NCBI GenBank assembly: GCA_965226795.1
Contig: CBDDDZ010000005.1
Location: forward strand, 960,001 to 1,024,000
Reading direction: 5' to 3'
Origin: Candidatus Latescibacterota bacterium
GTDB lineage: Bacteria > Latescibacterota > UBA2968 > GCA-2709665
Length of the DNA: 64,000 nucleotides
In this document: one piece after another, positions 40,132 to 50,315 of the stretch
Position numbering within the stretch: position 1 is the stretch's first letter
Layout: each line of letters opens with the position of its first letter
Program-made: the position numbers and the translations under genes
Notes under the pieces: generated by a model
Told to the model about the DNA's origin: nothing
Seen by the model: the letters and a program-made list of their open reading frames with translations, nothing else
The model's database searches: none

Positions 40132-41451
40132 ATGCCCAGGATAGAGGGTTTCAGAGTTAGAAACTTCAAGGTGCTCAGGGATGTTTCGTTGGGACGGCTT
40201 TGGAACCAACAACGAACCAGACCATTAACCCCTATGACCGCAGCAATCGGAAAAAACGGTGTGGGGAAGAGTGCTCTCTTCGACGCATTTGGGTTTTTAG
40301 CAGATGCACTCAAATCCGGCGTCGAAGAGGCGTGCGACGCACGGGGACGTGGCGGATTCGAGAAGGTGCGGTCGCAGGGTGAAACAGGCCCTATTGAGTT
40401 CGAAGTGTATTACAGACAACACGGCAACGCACGGCCGATTACCTACGAAATTGCAATTAAGGCGGACGAGTCTGGCCGCCCTTACGTAGTGCGGGAACGT
40501 CTTAGGCAAAGACGAAGAAACCAGAGATACGGCCGTCCATTCTCATTCTTGTGGCTGGAGGCAGGCAACGGCGTGGCGTGGAAAGGCGAGGAGGGGTATC
40601 AGAAGGAAGACCTTGAGTCGTTGCTTGAGAAAGCTCTCGAGCAGGATGACGTTGAGGCGAGGTTGTCGATGGTGAGGGAATTTATGGAATTGATGCGGAA
40701 GGAGGAACCGAACGATACAGAGCGCATTGAATTAAAAGATCCGCGCAGACTCGGGATAGCGACACTCGGCGCCTTGAAACAACATCCGCGAATTTCTGCG
40801 TTTAGCCAGTTTATTGAGGGATGGTATCTTAGCTACTTCACGCCGGATGCTGCTCGGAGCCTTCCCCTGGCCGGTCCCCAGAGCCGGCTCAGTATCCATG
40901 GAGACAACCTCGGAAACGTCGTTCAATTCATGGAGCGTGAACATCCGAAGCGATTCGAGACGATACTAGAAAAGATCGCAAACAAAATCCCGGGTATAGA
41001 CCGGATCGACACGGAAAGATCCAAAGACGGTCGGGTGCTGCTCCGATTCAACGACAAGGGCTTTCAGGATCCATTTTACGCACAACAAATGTCCGATGGA
41101 ACTCTTAAGATCTTTGCCTATTTGTTGCTCCTTGAAGATCCCAGTCCGCCTCCGTTTATATGTATCGAAGAGCCGGAAAATGGTCTCTATCACAAGTTGC
41201 TTGAGACGCTTGCCCACGAATTCCGCCAACACGCCAGCGGATCCGCGACCGGTTCGCAGGTCTTTGTTACCACACACCAACCCTATTTCATCGATGCTCT
41301 AGACCCAAGTGAAGTTTGGATTCTGGGAAAGGGAAGGGACGGTTTTTCAACAATTCGCAGGGCGAGCGACGATCCGATCGTCAACAATATGGTCGAGGAG
41401 GGCCTGCCCCTGGGCGGCCTCTGGTATAGCGACTATTTGGACGCGAGGTGA
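40132..41451 (+). CDS. ABC-type ATPase (AAA_21-like)
   Basis: NFKVL, GKNGVGKS, MSDGT signature, ICIEEPENGL, VTTH. Confidence 0.9.
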   Translation: MPRIEGFRVRNFKVLRDVSLGRLWNQQRTRPLTPMTAAIGKNGVGKSALFDAFGFLADALKSGVEEACDARGRGGFEKVRSQGETGPIEFEVYYRQHGNARPITYEIAIKADESGRPYVVRERLRQRRRNQRYGRPFSFLWLEAGNGVAWKGEEGYQKEDLESLLEKALEQDDVEARLSMVREFMELMRKEEPNDTERIELKDPRRLGIATLGALKQHPRISAFSQFIEGWYLSYFTPDAARSLPLAGPQSRLSIHGDNLGNVVQFMEREHPKRFETILEKIANKIPGIDRIDTERSKDGRVLLRFNDKGFQDPFYAQQMSDGTLKIFAYLLLLEDPSPPPFICIEEPENGLYHKLLETLAHEFRQHASGSATGSQVFVTTHQPYFIDALDPSEVWILGKGRDGFSTIRRASDDPIVNNMVEEGLPLGGLWYSDYLDAR

Positions 41452-41455
41452 TCGG

Positions 41456-42106
41456 ATGCACTTTGATATACTCGTCGAAGACGCGTCTGGCAAGACGGTC
41501 CTAGATATTTTGATTCCTAAGATCATCGGGGATCAAGATACATTCAGAGTTACCAGTTACAAAGGAATTGGCCATATTCCCAGAAATCTGAAGAGTGGAG
41601 CCGATGCGTCAAAACGCATTTTGCTTGGCCAACTACCCAAGTTGCTCAGGGGGTATGGAAAGACATATGCCGGTTACGGCGCGGACTATCCTGCGGCGGT
41701 AATTTTAGTTTGCGACCTGGACAATGAGTGCCTGAAGACGTTTCGGCAGCGACTCTTCGCTGTCCTCAAGGCCTGCAACCCCAGACCGGAAACCCGGTTC
41801 TGTATTGCCATTGAAGAAAGTGAAGCATGGCTGCTCGGCGACATTTCCGCGGTGAGGGCAGCATATCCGAGACTCAAGGACAACGTGCTGAGTGGTTACA
41901 AAAATGACTCGATTTGCGGCACATGGGAGCTTCTGGCCGATGCCGTCTACACCGGTGGCTCGAGTGCACTCGAGGGTCAGGGCTGGCGGTCAGTTGGCAG
42001 GGAGAAATCTGCATGGTCCGAGAAAATCGCGCCTCTGATGGATGTGGACAACAACGCGTCGCCCAGTTTCCGTTACTTTCGAGAGAAGCTTCGTGAGCTT
42101 ACCTGA
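41456..42106 (+). CDS. DUF4276 family (TOPRIM-like) protein
   Basis: ILVEDAS, VCDLD, AIEESEAWLLGD, NASPSF; starts 4 bp after the ATPase stop. Confidence 0.8.
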   Translation: MHFDILVEDASGKTVLDILIPKIIGDQDTFRVTSYKGIGHIPRNLKSGADASKRILLGQLPKLLRGYGKTYAGYGADYPAAVILVCDLDNECLKTFRQRLFAVLKACNPRPETRFCIAIEESEAWLLGDISAVRAAYPRLKDNVLSGYKNDSICGTWELLADAVYTGGSSALEGQGWRSVGREKSAWSEKIAPLMDVDNNASPSFRYFREKLRELT

Positions 42107-42178
42107 GTATCCAGTCCGAGCCCACATGGTGGCAATTGATCGTTTTTTCTCACATAGACAACAGTTCGGCGGAATGAG

Positions 42179-45100
42179 GTGACTATGGCAATCAAATCTT
42201 CCCACAGACCCTGGCACGAAATAGTGCAGCTACGCGACGACCTGAGAACCGGGGAACTCTCGCTGGCCATATTCGCTGCCGATCTGTACGATGTGGTGAT
42301 GCAGAAGGGTAGGAGACAGGTGTACGAGCGCCCAGAAGATTTCTTCGCCCTGACGTATCCGACTTTAAATCTTCGTGAACTGGTCAAGGACGTCGCGACA
42401 CGGTTGGCCGGCCAGAGCGACAAGGCCTATCGGAAACTGTCGATAAATTACGGCGGTGGCAAGACCCACACACTCATCGCGCTCCGGCATCTCGCGCACG
42501 ATCCGGACAACTTGCCGGACCTGCCGGCGGTCAGGGATTTTGATGCGCACATCGGGTTCAGGATGCCAAAGGCCCGCGTGGCGGCGCTATGCTTTGACAA
42601 GATCGACCTCGAAAAGGGTGTCGAGACGCTGGGCCCCGGCGGCGAGATCAGAATGCTCAAGAACCCGTGGAGCATCCTCGCGTTCCAACTGGCGGGGACA
42701 GACGGCCTCCGACTCATTCACGCCGACGGCGAGGACGAAGAGCGCGACACGCCCCCGGCCGAACCGTTAGTGGTGGAACTTCTGTCAAAGCCGCAAGCGG
42801 AGGGGCTCTCGACGCTGGTGCTGATTGACGAAGTGCTGATGTATATCCGTACGCTGGTTGAAGCGCATCCGGATTCGCGAGGACGCTTGATCAGCTTCTT
42901 CCAATATCTAACCCAGGCCGTGGTTAAAGTGGACCGCTGTGCAATGGTGGCCTCACTTCTCGCCTCGGATCCGAGGAAGCACGACGAATTTGGAAATGAA
43001 CTCCTGCGGGACGTAGCCGACGTCTTCGGCCGCCAGATGGAAGAGGATGCAAGCCCGGTAAGCAAGGAGGACGTGGCGGAGGTGCTGCGGCGTCGATTCT
43101 TTAAACCAGAATCCATCCGCAACACAGGCGAATTCCGTCCGATTGTCACTTCCATAGTCGGCAGTATTGCGGCGATGGACGAGAATACGAGGAAGGAGCG
43201 CGCAGCAGCCGAGGAACGATTCCTTTCCAGTTATCCCTTCCACCCTGACCTCACGGAGGTCTTCTACACCCGATGGACTCAACTCGAAGGGTTTCAGCGC
43301 ACCCGTGGTATCCTGCGTACGTTTGCCATTGGCCTGCGCGATGCCGAGAAGTGGGATACGAGTCCGCTTGTCGGGCCGAATATTCTGCTGGCCGATCGAG
43401 AAAAGGACGGTCTCGCCGAAGCCGCGAGTGAACTCGCTTCCTTTGCCAGCGTCGACACGGCTACGGGTAAGCATCAGGAATGGCGGCCGATCCTCGAAGG
43501 CGAGTTGGCGAAGGCGCGCGCCATCCAGGCCGAGTCGACTGGCCTCAGCCATCGGGAGATGGAACAGGCTGTTATAGCCGTATTCCTGAGTTCTCAGCCC
43601 ATTGGTCACAAGGCACTTACCCGAGAAATCATGGTGCTTGTTGGAGCAGCCAATCCGGATAAGATTGAATTGGAGAAGGCTCTGCGTCGCTGGATCGAGG
43701 TGTCGTGGTTTCTCGACGAATCAGAGGTCGCCACAGGAGATAACGGATCGGAGGGGCAATTGCCCATGGCATGGCGGTTGGGTAATCGTCCCAACCTGCG
43801 CCAAATGCACCACGATGCCTGCAGCAATCGTGTATCTCAGTCTCTCGTAGAGGCGCAAGTGATCGATGCGATCGAGAAACAGCGTTCGCTTACCTCCGGT
43901 GCGTCCGCAGCCGGCGCAACGGTGCATAACCTTCCCGAGAGACCTCGAGACATCGGGGACGACGGAAAGTTCCACTACGCTGTGCTTGGCCCGGACATGT
44001 CGTCGGAGTCGGGCAAACCTAGTACCGCAGCCAGGCGGTTCATCGACGAGACGACTGCCCCCGACCGCCCGCGTGTGAATCGCAACGCAATCGTCCTCGC
44101 CGCTCCTTCCAGGGACGGTCTCGATGCCGCTCGCGTTCGCGTTCGAGAGTATCTCGGCTGGATGGAGGTAGGTGAGCAACTTAAGGGCCAGCCAATCGAC
44201 CCGATTCGAGAACAGATGCTCTCGAGCGAGACCGAAGCGGCGCGAAGGCGGATCCCGGAGGCCGTCAGGCAGGCCTATTCCATTGTTGTTACGGTGAACG
44301 AAAGCAACGATGTCCATGCCTTCAAGGTCGTCGTGACTGAAGAACCGCTGTTCACGACCATAAAGGCCGACAGGCGAGCCCGCATCCAGGAGACGCCCAT
44401 CAACTCCGAGGCAATGATGCCCGGAGGCCCCTATGACTTGTGGAGGGAAGACGAACCGTCACGTCGGGTAAAGGATCTTGTCGGAGCCTTCGCCCAGTTT
44501 GCAAAATTGCCGAAAATGCTGCGGCAGAAGGAAATTTCCGATACCGTAGTACATGGCGTTCAGGAAGGGATATGGGTGGCACAGGTAACCCGCCCCGACA
44601 GGACCATCAGGACTTTCTGGCGGACGCCAATCGACGAGACTGCCATACAAGATCCGGGCCTTGAAGTGTTTCTGCCGGAAGCGGCCACGTTAAGTGAACT
44701 CGTTCCAGACCTGCTCGTGCACAAAAAACTCCCTGGGCTCTGGTCGTCCGATGAACTCGCGGTGCAGGATGTTTATGACTATTTCTCGGGTGGCCACACA
44801 GTAGTCGTACAAAGGGAGGGTTACGAAGAAACAGTTATGATCCCTAAATGTGACTCAATGGATGTCGAAGCCGCCATTTCTCAAGGCGTTGAGCAGGGTC
44901 TGTTGTGGTTGACGAACGGGCCGGCCTCGATTCTCGAAGAAGCCGTGCCGCCTGGAGTACTCACCTCGTCGGCCGTGCTAAGGCCGCCGCCGGAAGGAAT
45001 CGACGTTGCTCAATTGATGCCGCCTTCGATTCCGAGCGCATGGGTAGAAGGCAAGGCCAACGCGCTTGCCATCGCCACCGCGCTTTCTGCTCAGTGGGCA

Positions 45101-45505
45101 AGGACCCTGCCCTGGTCGACGGTCGAAGCAGTGATCGATGCTGGTATACGAGCGCGATGGATTGAGGTCGGCACTGACAGCGCGCCCTGGCCAAGCGGCA
45201 TCGGCAACGCACAACACGTAATCCTGCAAATTCCGTTGCCGGGAGGTGTGGGCGACGCCGACGGGAGGCCATATGGCAGCGGAGATGAACCAAAGGGAGT
45301 GCTCCGTGCCGAAGCTGCACTTGAAGCCAATGGTATCCAGGACCTGGCTGATCAGATTCCGGAAATTACCAAAGCCGCTGTGGGTAATGATCTTAAATTC
45401 AAAGTCCGAATTGACTTCGGAGGAGAAAAGTCTCCCGATCTGGAGGCGGTGAAAAAGATTAACGAACTGCTTTCTGATGTGTCGGACTCATTCAAGCTTG
45501 AATGA
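42179..45505 (+). CDS. DUF499 domain AAA+ ATPase
   Basis: FAADL, FFALTYPT, YGGGKTH Walker A, LVLIDE Walker B, LRRRFF, SYPFHP, FQRTRGILR. Confidence 0.9.
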   Translation: MTMAIKSSHRPWHEIVQLRDDLRTGELSLAIFAADLYDVVMQKGRRQVYERPEDFFALTYPTLNLRELVKDVATRLAGQSDKAYRKLSINYGGGKTHTLIALRHLAHDPDNLPDLPAVRDFDAHIGFRMPKARVAALCFDKIDLEKGVETLGPGGEIRMLKNPWSILAFQLAGTDGLRLIHADGEDEERDTPPAEPLVVELLSKPQAEGLSTLVLIDEVLMYIRTLVEAHPDSRGRLISFFQYLTQAVVKVDRCAMVASLLASDPRKHDEFGNELLRDVADVFGRQMEEDASPVSKEDVAEVLRRRFFKPESIRNTGEFRPIVTSIVGSIAAMDENTRKERAAAEERFLSSYPFHPDLTEVFYTRWTQLEGFQRTRGILRTFAIGLRDAEKWDTSPLVGPNILLADREKDGLAEAASELASFASVDTATGKHQEWRPILEGELAKARAIQAESTGLSHREMEQAVIAVFLSSQPIGHKALTREIMVLVGAANPDKIELEKALRRWIEVSWFLDESEVATGDNGSEGQLPMAWRLGNRPNLRQMHHDACSNRVSQSLVEAQVIDAIEKQRSLTSGASAAGATVHNLPERPRDIGDDGKFHYAVLGPDMSSESGKPSTAARRFIDETTAPDRPRVNRNAIVLAAPSRDGLDAARVRVREYLGWMEVGEQLKGQPIDPIREQMLSSETEAARRRIPEAVRQAYSIVVTVNESNDVHAFKVVVTEEPLFTTIKADRRARIQETPINSEAMMPGGPYDLWREDEPSRRVKDLVGAFAQFAKLPKMLRQKEISDTVVHGVQEGIWVAQVTRPDRTIRTFWRTPIDETAIQDPGLEVFLPEAATLSELVPDLLVHKKLPGLWSSDELAVQDVYDYFSGGHTVVVQREGYEETVMIPKCDSMDVEAAISQGVEQGLLWLTNGPASILEEAVPPGVLTSSAVLRPPPEGIDVAQLMPPSIPSAWVEGKANALAIATALSAQWARTLPWSTVEAVIDAGIRARWIEVGTDSAPWPSGIGNAQHVILQIPLPGGVGDADGRPYGSGDEPKGVLRAEAALEANGIQDLADQIPEITKAAVGNDLKFKVRIDFGGEKSPDLEAVKKINELLSDVSDSFKLE

Positions 45506-45689
45506 CAATGGACTCCTTCCACCGAAATGGATCGTATCGTTTTCTGATGTCACGTCCCTGAATCTGACGTGGTCTCGGTCGTGTTGCTTTCTGTATCAGG
45601 TGCACCGTCATTCAGGGCGCACTTGGTGCGAACTGCCTGATCCTTATCTTTAGCGGATCCAATGCCACGGCTGTTATGGACGGAGTGCA

Positions 45690-45926
45690 GTGATGCTTCT
45701 AGTCGACGCAGAGGAGGCCAGCACCCAACTCTCCCACCTAATGGCGCGAGTCGAAGCGGGTGAAGAGGTGGTTATTACCCAAAACGGTGTTCCGATTGTG
45801 CGGCTCGTCCCTTATGGGATTCGCGCTGGAAGTCGGAAGTTTGGTGCCATGAAGGGCCGAGTTGTGGTCCACGACGAAATCTTCGATCCGCTTCCAGAGG
45901 TCGAGTTGGACGCGTGGGGGACGTGA
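45690..45926 (+). CDS. Phd/YefM family antitoxin (orphan)
   Basis: EA.TQLS.L..RVEAGEEVVIT.NG.PIVRLVP, C-terminal FDPLPE.EL.AW; no toxin ORF follows. Confidence 0.8.
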   Translation: MMLLVDAEEASTQLSHLMARVEAGEEVVITQNGVPIVRLVPYGIRAGSRKFGAMKGRVVVHDEIFDPLPEVELDAWGT

Positions 45927-46111
45927 TCGCATGCGCACACGACTTTACATTCTTAACTTTCTGCAGCCGACTGTGTCAACAACCCCGTTTCATTAACTCG
46001 ATCCAGCCCAGTTTTTCAATCCATTCTACGATGCCGAACTGAGCGCCGGAAGGGATATTTAATGTCCGGGCGTGGTGAGTGGTTTCGGTGCCACGGTAAA
46101 GGCGTTCATGA

Positions 46112-46447
46112 ATGACACAGGTCACAGATACTCTCATAGACCGGATGGTTCAGGCTATTGTTGATGAAGTCGATCCCGAGCAGGTGATCCTCTTCGGATC
46201 CCGCGGGCGCGGCGATGAGCGGCAGGACTCGGACGTGGATCTGGTTGTTGTGGAAGCGGCGCCCTTCGGCCCGAAGCGAAGTCGCCACAAAGAGATGGTC
46301 AGACTCTACCACGCCGTGGCGGGGTTTCCGGTCGCAGCCGACGTCCTTGTCTACTCTCGTGACGATGTGGACTACTGGCGCGACTCGCTCAACCACGTGC
46401 TGGCGCGGGCGCTAAGGGAGGGTGAGGTGCTCTATGAGCGACGTTAA
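46112..46447 (+). CDS. Minimal nucleotidyltransferase (MntA-like antitoxin)
   Basis: ILFGSRGRGD..DSDVDLVVV, ALREGEVLY. Confidence 0.85.
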   Translation: MTQVTDTLIDRMVQAIVDEVDPEQVILFGSRGRGDERQDSDVDLVVVEAAPFGPKRSRHKEMVRLYHAVAGFPVAADVLVYSRDDVDYWRDSLNHVLARALREGEVLYERR

Positions 46448-46938
46448 GTGTGCACAGAGGGGATGCTCGTTCGTGCAGGGGAGCACGTTCGCAGCGATCA
46501 AGAGTGACGATGTTGCCAGGATCAAGGTACCACTGCCGCCGCTAGCTGAACAACGCCGTATCGTCGAAATTCTCGACCATGCTGATCGCCTCCGCCGTCT
46601 CCGCGCCGAAGCAGATGTCAAAGCGACGCGGGTCCCACATGCCCTTTTCATCAAATGTTCGGCGATCCGGCAACGAATCCAATGGGTTGGTCGGTCAAGC
46701 GTTTTGATAGCGTTTGTCAGTCACGTCTCGGTAAGATGCTGGATCAAAAGCAACAAACGGGTCGAATTCCCGTTTTTATCTTAGAAATGCAAATGAATAC
46801 TGGGATCGGCTGGACCTACGTGAGGTTCTGGAAATGGACTTCAATGAGTATGGTCGTGATGAATTCAGACTAAGGAAAGGGGACGTCCTGATCTGCGAAG
46901 GCGGCGAGCTTGGTCGTTGCGCGATTTGGAACAGCTGA
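46434..46938 (+). pseudogene. hsdS: Chimeric relic: a few codons of a probable HEPN toxin start joined to a frameshifted type I RM specificity subunit fragment
   Basis: PLPPLAEQRRIVEILD, F.KMFGDP..NPMGW and LRKGDVLICEGGELGRCAIW in shifting frames. Confidence 0.8.
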
Positions 46939-46947
46939 GGTGAATCA

Positions 46948-47172
46948 ATGAAAACCAAGGCAATCAGCAGGAGTCCCGGCATCCTCGGCGGAACCCCCGT
47001 ATTCTCTGGAACCAGGGTCCCGATACGTATCCTGATCGAACACCTGGAAGCAGGGGACTGTCTCGACGACTTTCTTTATAGCTATCCCACCGTGTCACGT
47101 GATCAGGCGATTGAGGTCCTCACAACCGCGAAGATGGCGCTGACCGGGAAAACTGATGAAACTGTTGTTTGA
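46948..47172 (+). CDS. DUF433 family antitoxin
   Basis: PGILGGTPVFSGTRVPI, LEAGD.LDDFL..YP. Confidence 0.88.
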   Translation: MKTKAISRSPGILGGTPVFSGTRVPIRILIEHLEAGDCLDDFLYSYPTVSRDQAIEVLTTAKMALTGKTDETVV

Positions 47173-47539
47173 CGAGTCCATGCCCAGACCACTCGAAGCG
47201 TACTTCCCTGGATCGTTTGAGTTAATTGCGGTCCAGCGCATGGGCTGGACGGGGCGATCATACGGTGTTCTCCTGCGCCTGGCCATGGCGCACGATGTCG
47301 AGCACGAGAGTTTCTTCGACTACTGCTCTGCTCGACTGGTTTTCAGTCGGTCCGAATCGCTGGGGTCGTTTCTAAAGGAGTCAAAGCAGCACCTCTTCCG
47401 TCGCGCTCAGGCTCCGCAGGCGCTGGCCTGCCTCCGTGACACGGATTCCGCCAGGTATGTGCAGGAGGTCCGTAGCCTGTTATCGGATGATAGAATCCGG
47501 CTGCAAAACTATAGAGACAAAATGGTGACACGATGCTGA
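47156..47539 (+). pseudogene. Truncated DUF5615/PIN-like toxin joined to unrelated sequence
   Basis: MKLLFDESMP..V..MGW.G N-terminus; the later T-x-D PIN motif is absent. Confidence 0.65.
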
Positions 47540-49275
47540 CCAAACTAACCATCCGCAACTTTAAGCGCTTCGGCGAAGTGGAGATCGAATTGGGGAGTCC
47601 GGTTGTCTTCATCGGGCCCAACAACTCGGGCAAAACCTCGGCGATGCAGGCGCTGGCGCTCTGGGACATCGGTCTCAAGCGCTGGAACGAAAAACGATCC
47701 GGAAAGAGCGCAACCGAAAAACGCCCGGGAGTGACCATTAACCGGCGAGACCTCGTTGCAATTCCGATTCCTGAGGCGAACCTTCTCTGGCGCGATCTTC
47801 ACGTGAGGGACGTGCGAACCGTGGATGGGAGGCAACGTACCAGCAACATTCGAATAGACATCATTGTCGAGGGAGTTACAGAGGACAGGCACTGGAAATG
47901 CGGCCTTGAGTTCGACTACGCAAACGACGAGTCCTTCTACTGCAGGCCGCTACGCCTATCAGATTGTAAAACACCAGATCGTATGCCCGTTCCTGACGAA
48001 GCCGGAAGCACGCGAATTGCCTTCCTGCCGCCGATGTCGGGCTTGGCAGCGACGGAAACGCGCCTCGATGAGGGGGCCGTCAACGTACGAATTGGCGAGG
48101 GTCGTACGGCAGAAGTTCTGCGAAACCTGTGCTTTCAAGTCCATCAGACACAACCCGAACAGTGGAATATCCTTGTTGAGCATATACTGACCCTGTTCGG
48201 ATCACGGCTCGATCCGCCCCGTTACATCACCGAGCGGGGGGAGATCGCGATGACCTACACCGAAGAGAACGTCCGTCTTGACCTGTCGTCATCCGGACAA
48301 GGTCTGCAACAGACACTGCTCCTTCTGGCGTACATTTACGCTAATCCTGGTTCGGTTCTGCTCCTGGAGGAGCCGGACGCGCATTTAGAGATTCTTCGTC
48401 AGCGCCAGATCTACGGGCTGCTCACCGACATCGCGAGAGAAAGTGGTAGTCAGATCATTGCCGCCAGCCACTCCGAAGTGCTGCTCAACGAGGTCGCAGG
48501 TCGGGAAGTGGTCATCTCGTTCGATGGAGGGCCGCATCCGATTGACGACAGCGGAAGCCAGGTTCTGAAGGCGCTCAATGGAATCAGTTTCGACCAGTAC
48601 TATCAGGCCCAACATACCGGCTGGGTGCTCTACCTGAAGAGCTCGGCGGACCTATCGATACTGCAGGCGTTCGCCAGGAGACTGGGACACGAACGCTCGA
48701 TCCGGGCGCTCGAGCGGCCCTTTGTGAAATACGTGCAAAATCAGCCGACGACCGCTCAGCACCATTACCACGGCCTGCGCGAGGCTCTCCCCGCGCTTCG
48801 GGGCGTTGCCCTCTTCGATCGCCTCGAATCGGAGAGTTCCGATATCGCCCAAATCGAGTGTTTGACGTGGACGCGTAGAGAGATTGAGAACTACGTCTGC
48901 TCGCGGGCGACACTCGAAGCATACGCGACGGGTACCGCAAAGGACGCCTCGGCAGGACCCCTGTTCGCTGCGTCTGAAGTAAGCAGGCGCCAGAACGCCA
49001 TGCGCGAAGCTATTGCGGAAGTAGAAGCGGCGCTGATGACGCTGGGTAAGGAATCTCCCTGGAGTGCAGACGCCAAGGTAAGTGACGATTTCCTGGCTCC
49101 GCTCTTCGAAGCATACTTTTACAAGCTCGGACTACCGAACCTGATGGCCAAGAAAAACTCCTGTCAGTTGGTCGAATACGTGCCGGATAGCGAAATCGAT
49201 CCGGAAATCTGTGCCAAACTCGACGCAATTGCGAACGTCGCGGAAATCGCGACACCTGGGGGAGAACGAACGTGA
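47533..49275 (+). CDS. ABC-ATPase with C-terminal TOPRIM-like domain (OLD/AriAB-like architecture)
   Basis: NFKRF, GPNNSGKT, SSGQG, LLLEEPDAHL, ASHS; C-terminal VLYLKS..D, LFDR, REIENY. Confidence 0.8.
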   Translation: MLTKLTIRNFKRFGEVEIELGSPVVFIGPNNSGKTSAMQALALWDIGLKRWNEKRSGKSATEKRPGVTINRRDLVAIPIPEANLLWRDLHVRDVRTVDGRQRTSNIRIDIIVEGVTEDRHWKCGLEFDYANDESFYCRPLRLSDCKTPDRMPVPDEAGSTRIAFLPPMSGLAATETRLDEGAVNVRIGEGRTAEVLRNLCFQVHQTQPEQWNILVEHILTLFGSRLDPPRYITERGEIAMTYTEENVRLDLSSSGQGLQQTLLLLAYIYANPGSVLLLEEPDAHLEILRQRQIYGLLTDIARESGSQIIAASHSEVLLNEVAGREVVISFDGGPHPIDDSGSQVLKALNGISFDQYYQAQHTGWVLYLKSSADLSILQAFARRLGHERSIRALERPFVKYVQNQPTTAQHHYHGLREALPALRGVALFDRLESESSDIAQIECLTWTRREIENYVCSRATLEAYATGTAKDASAGPLFAASEVSRRQNAMREAIAEVEAALMTLGKESPWSADAKVSDDFLAPLFEAYFYKLGLPNLMAKKNSCQLVEYVPDSEIDPEICAKLDAIANVAEIATPGGERT

Positions 49276-49291
49276 ACCTGACTGCCTATAG

Positions 49292-50191
<900 letters not shown>

Positions 50192-50315
50192 ATTAACGTG
50201 GCAAATTGGACCCGTACCGAAAACCCAGTTCCGATTAAATCGTGTCCGGCCTGTAAAATTAAGTGTGGCGCCACCAAATATGATGACGGCGGCGAAATGA
50301 CGCCAGTCAAGGTCA

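Noticed and set aside
26615..45505. Calling the core BREX, DISARM or type III RM
   Set aside because: No PglZ, DUF1998/DrmB, PLD nuclease or Mod/Res pair recognised.
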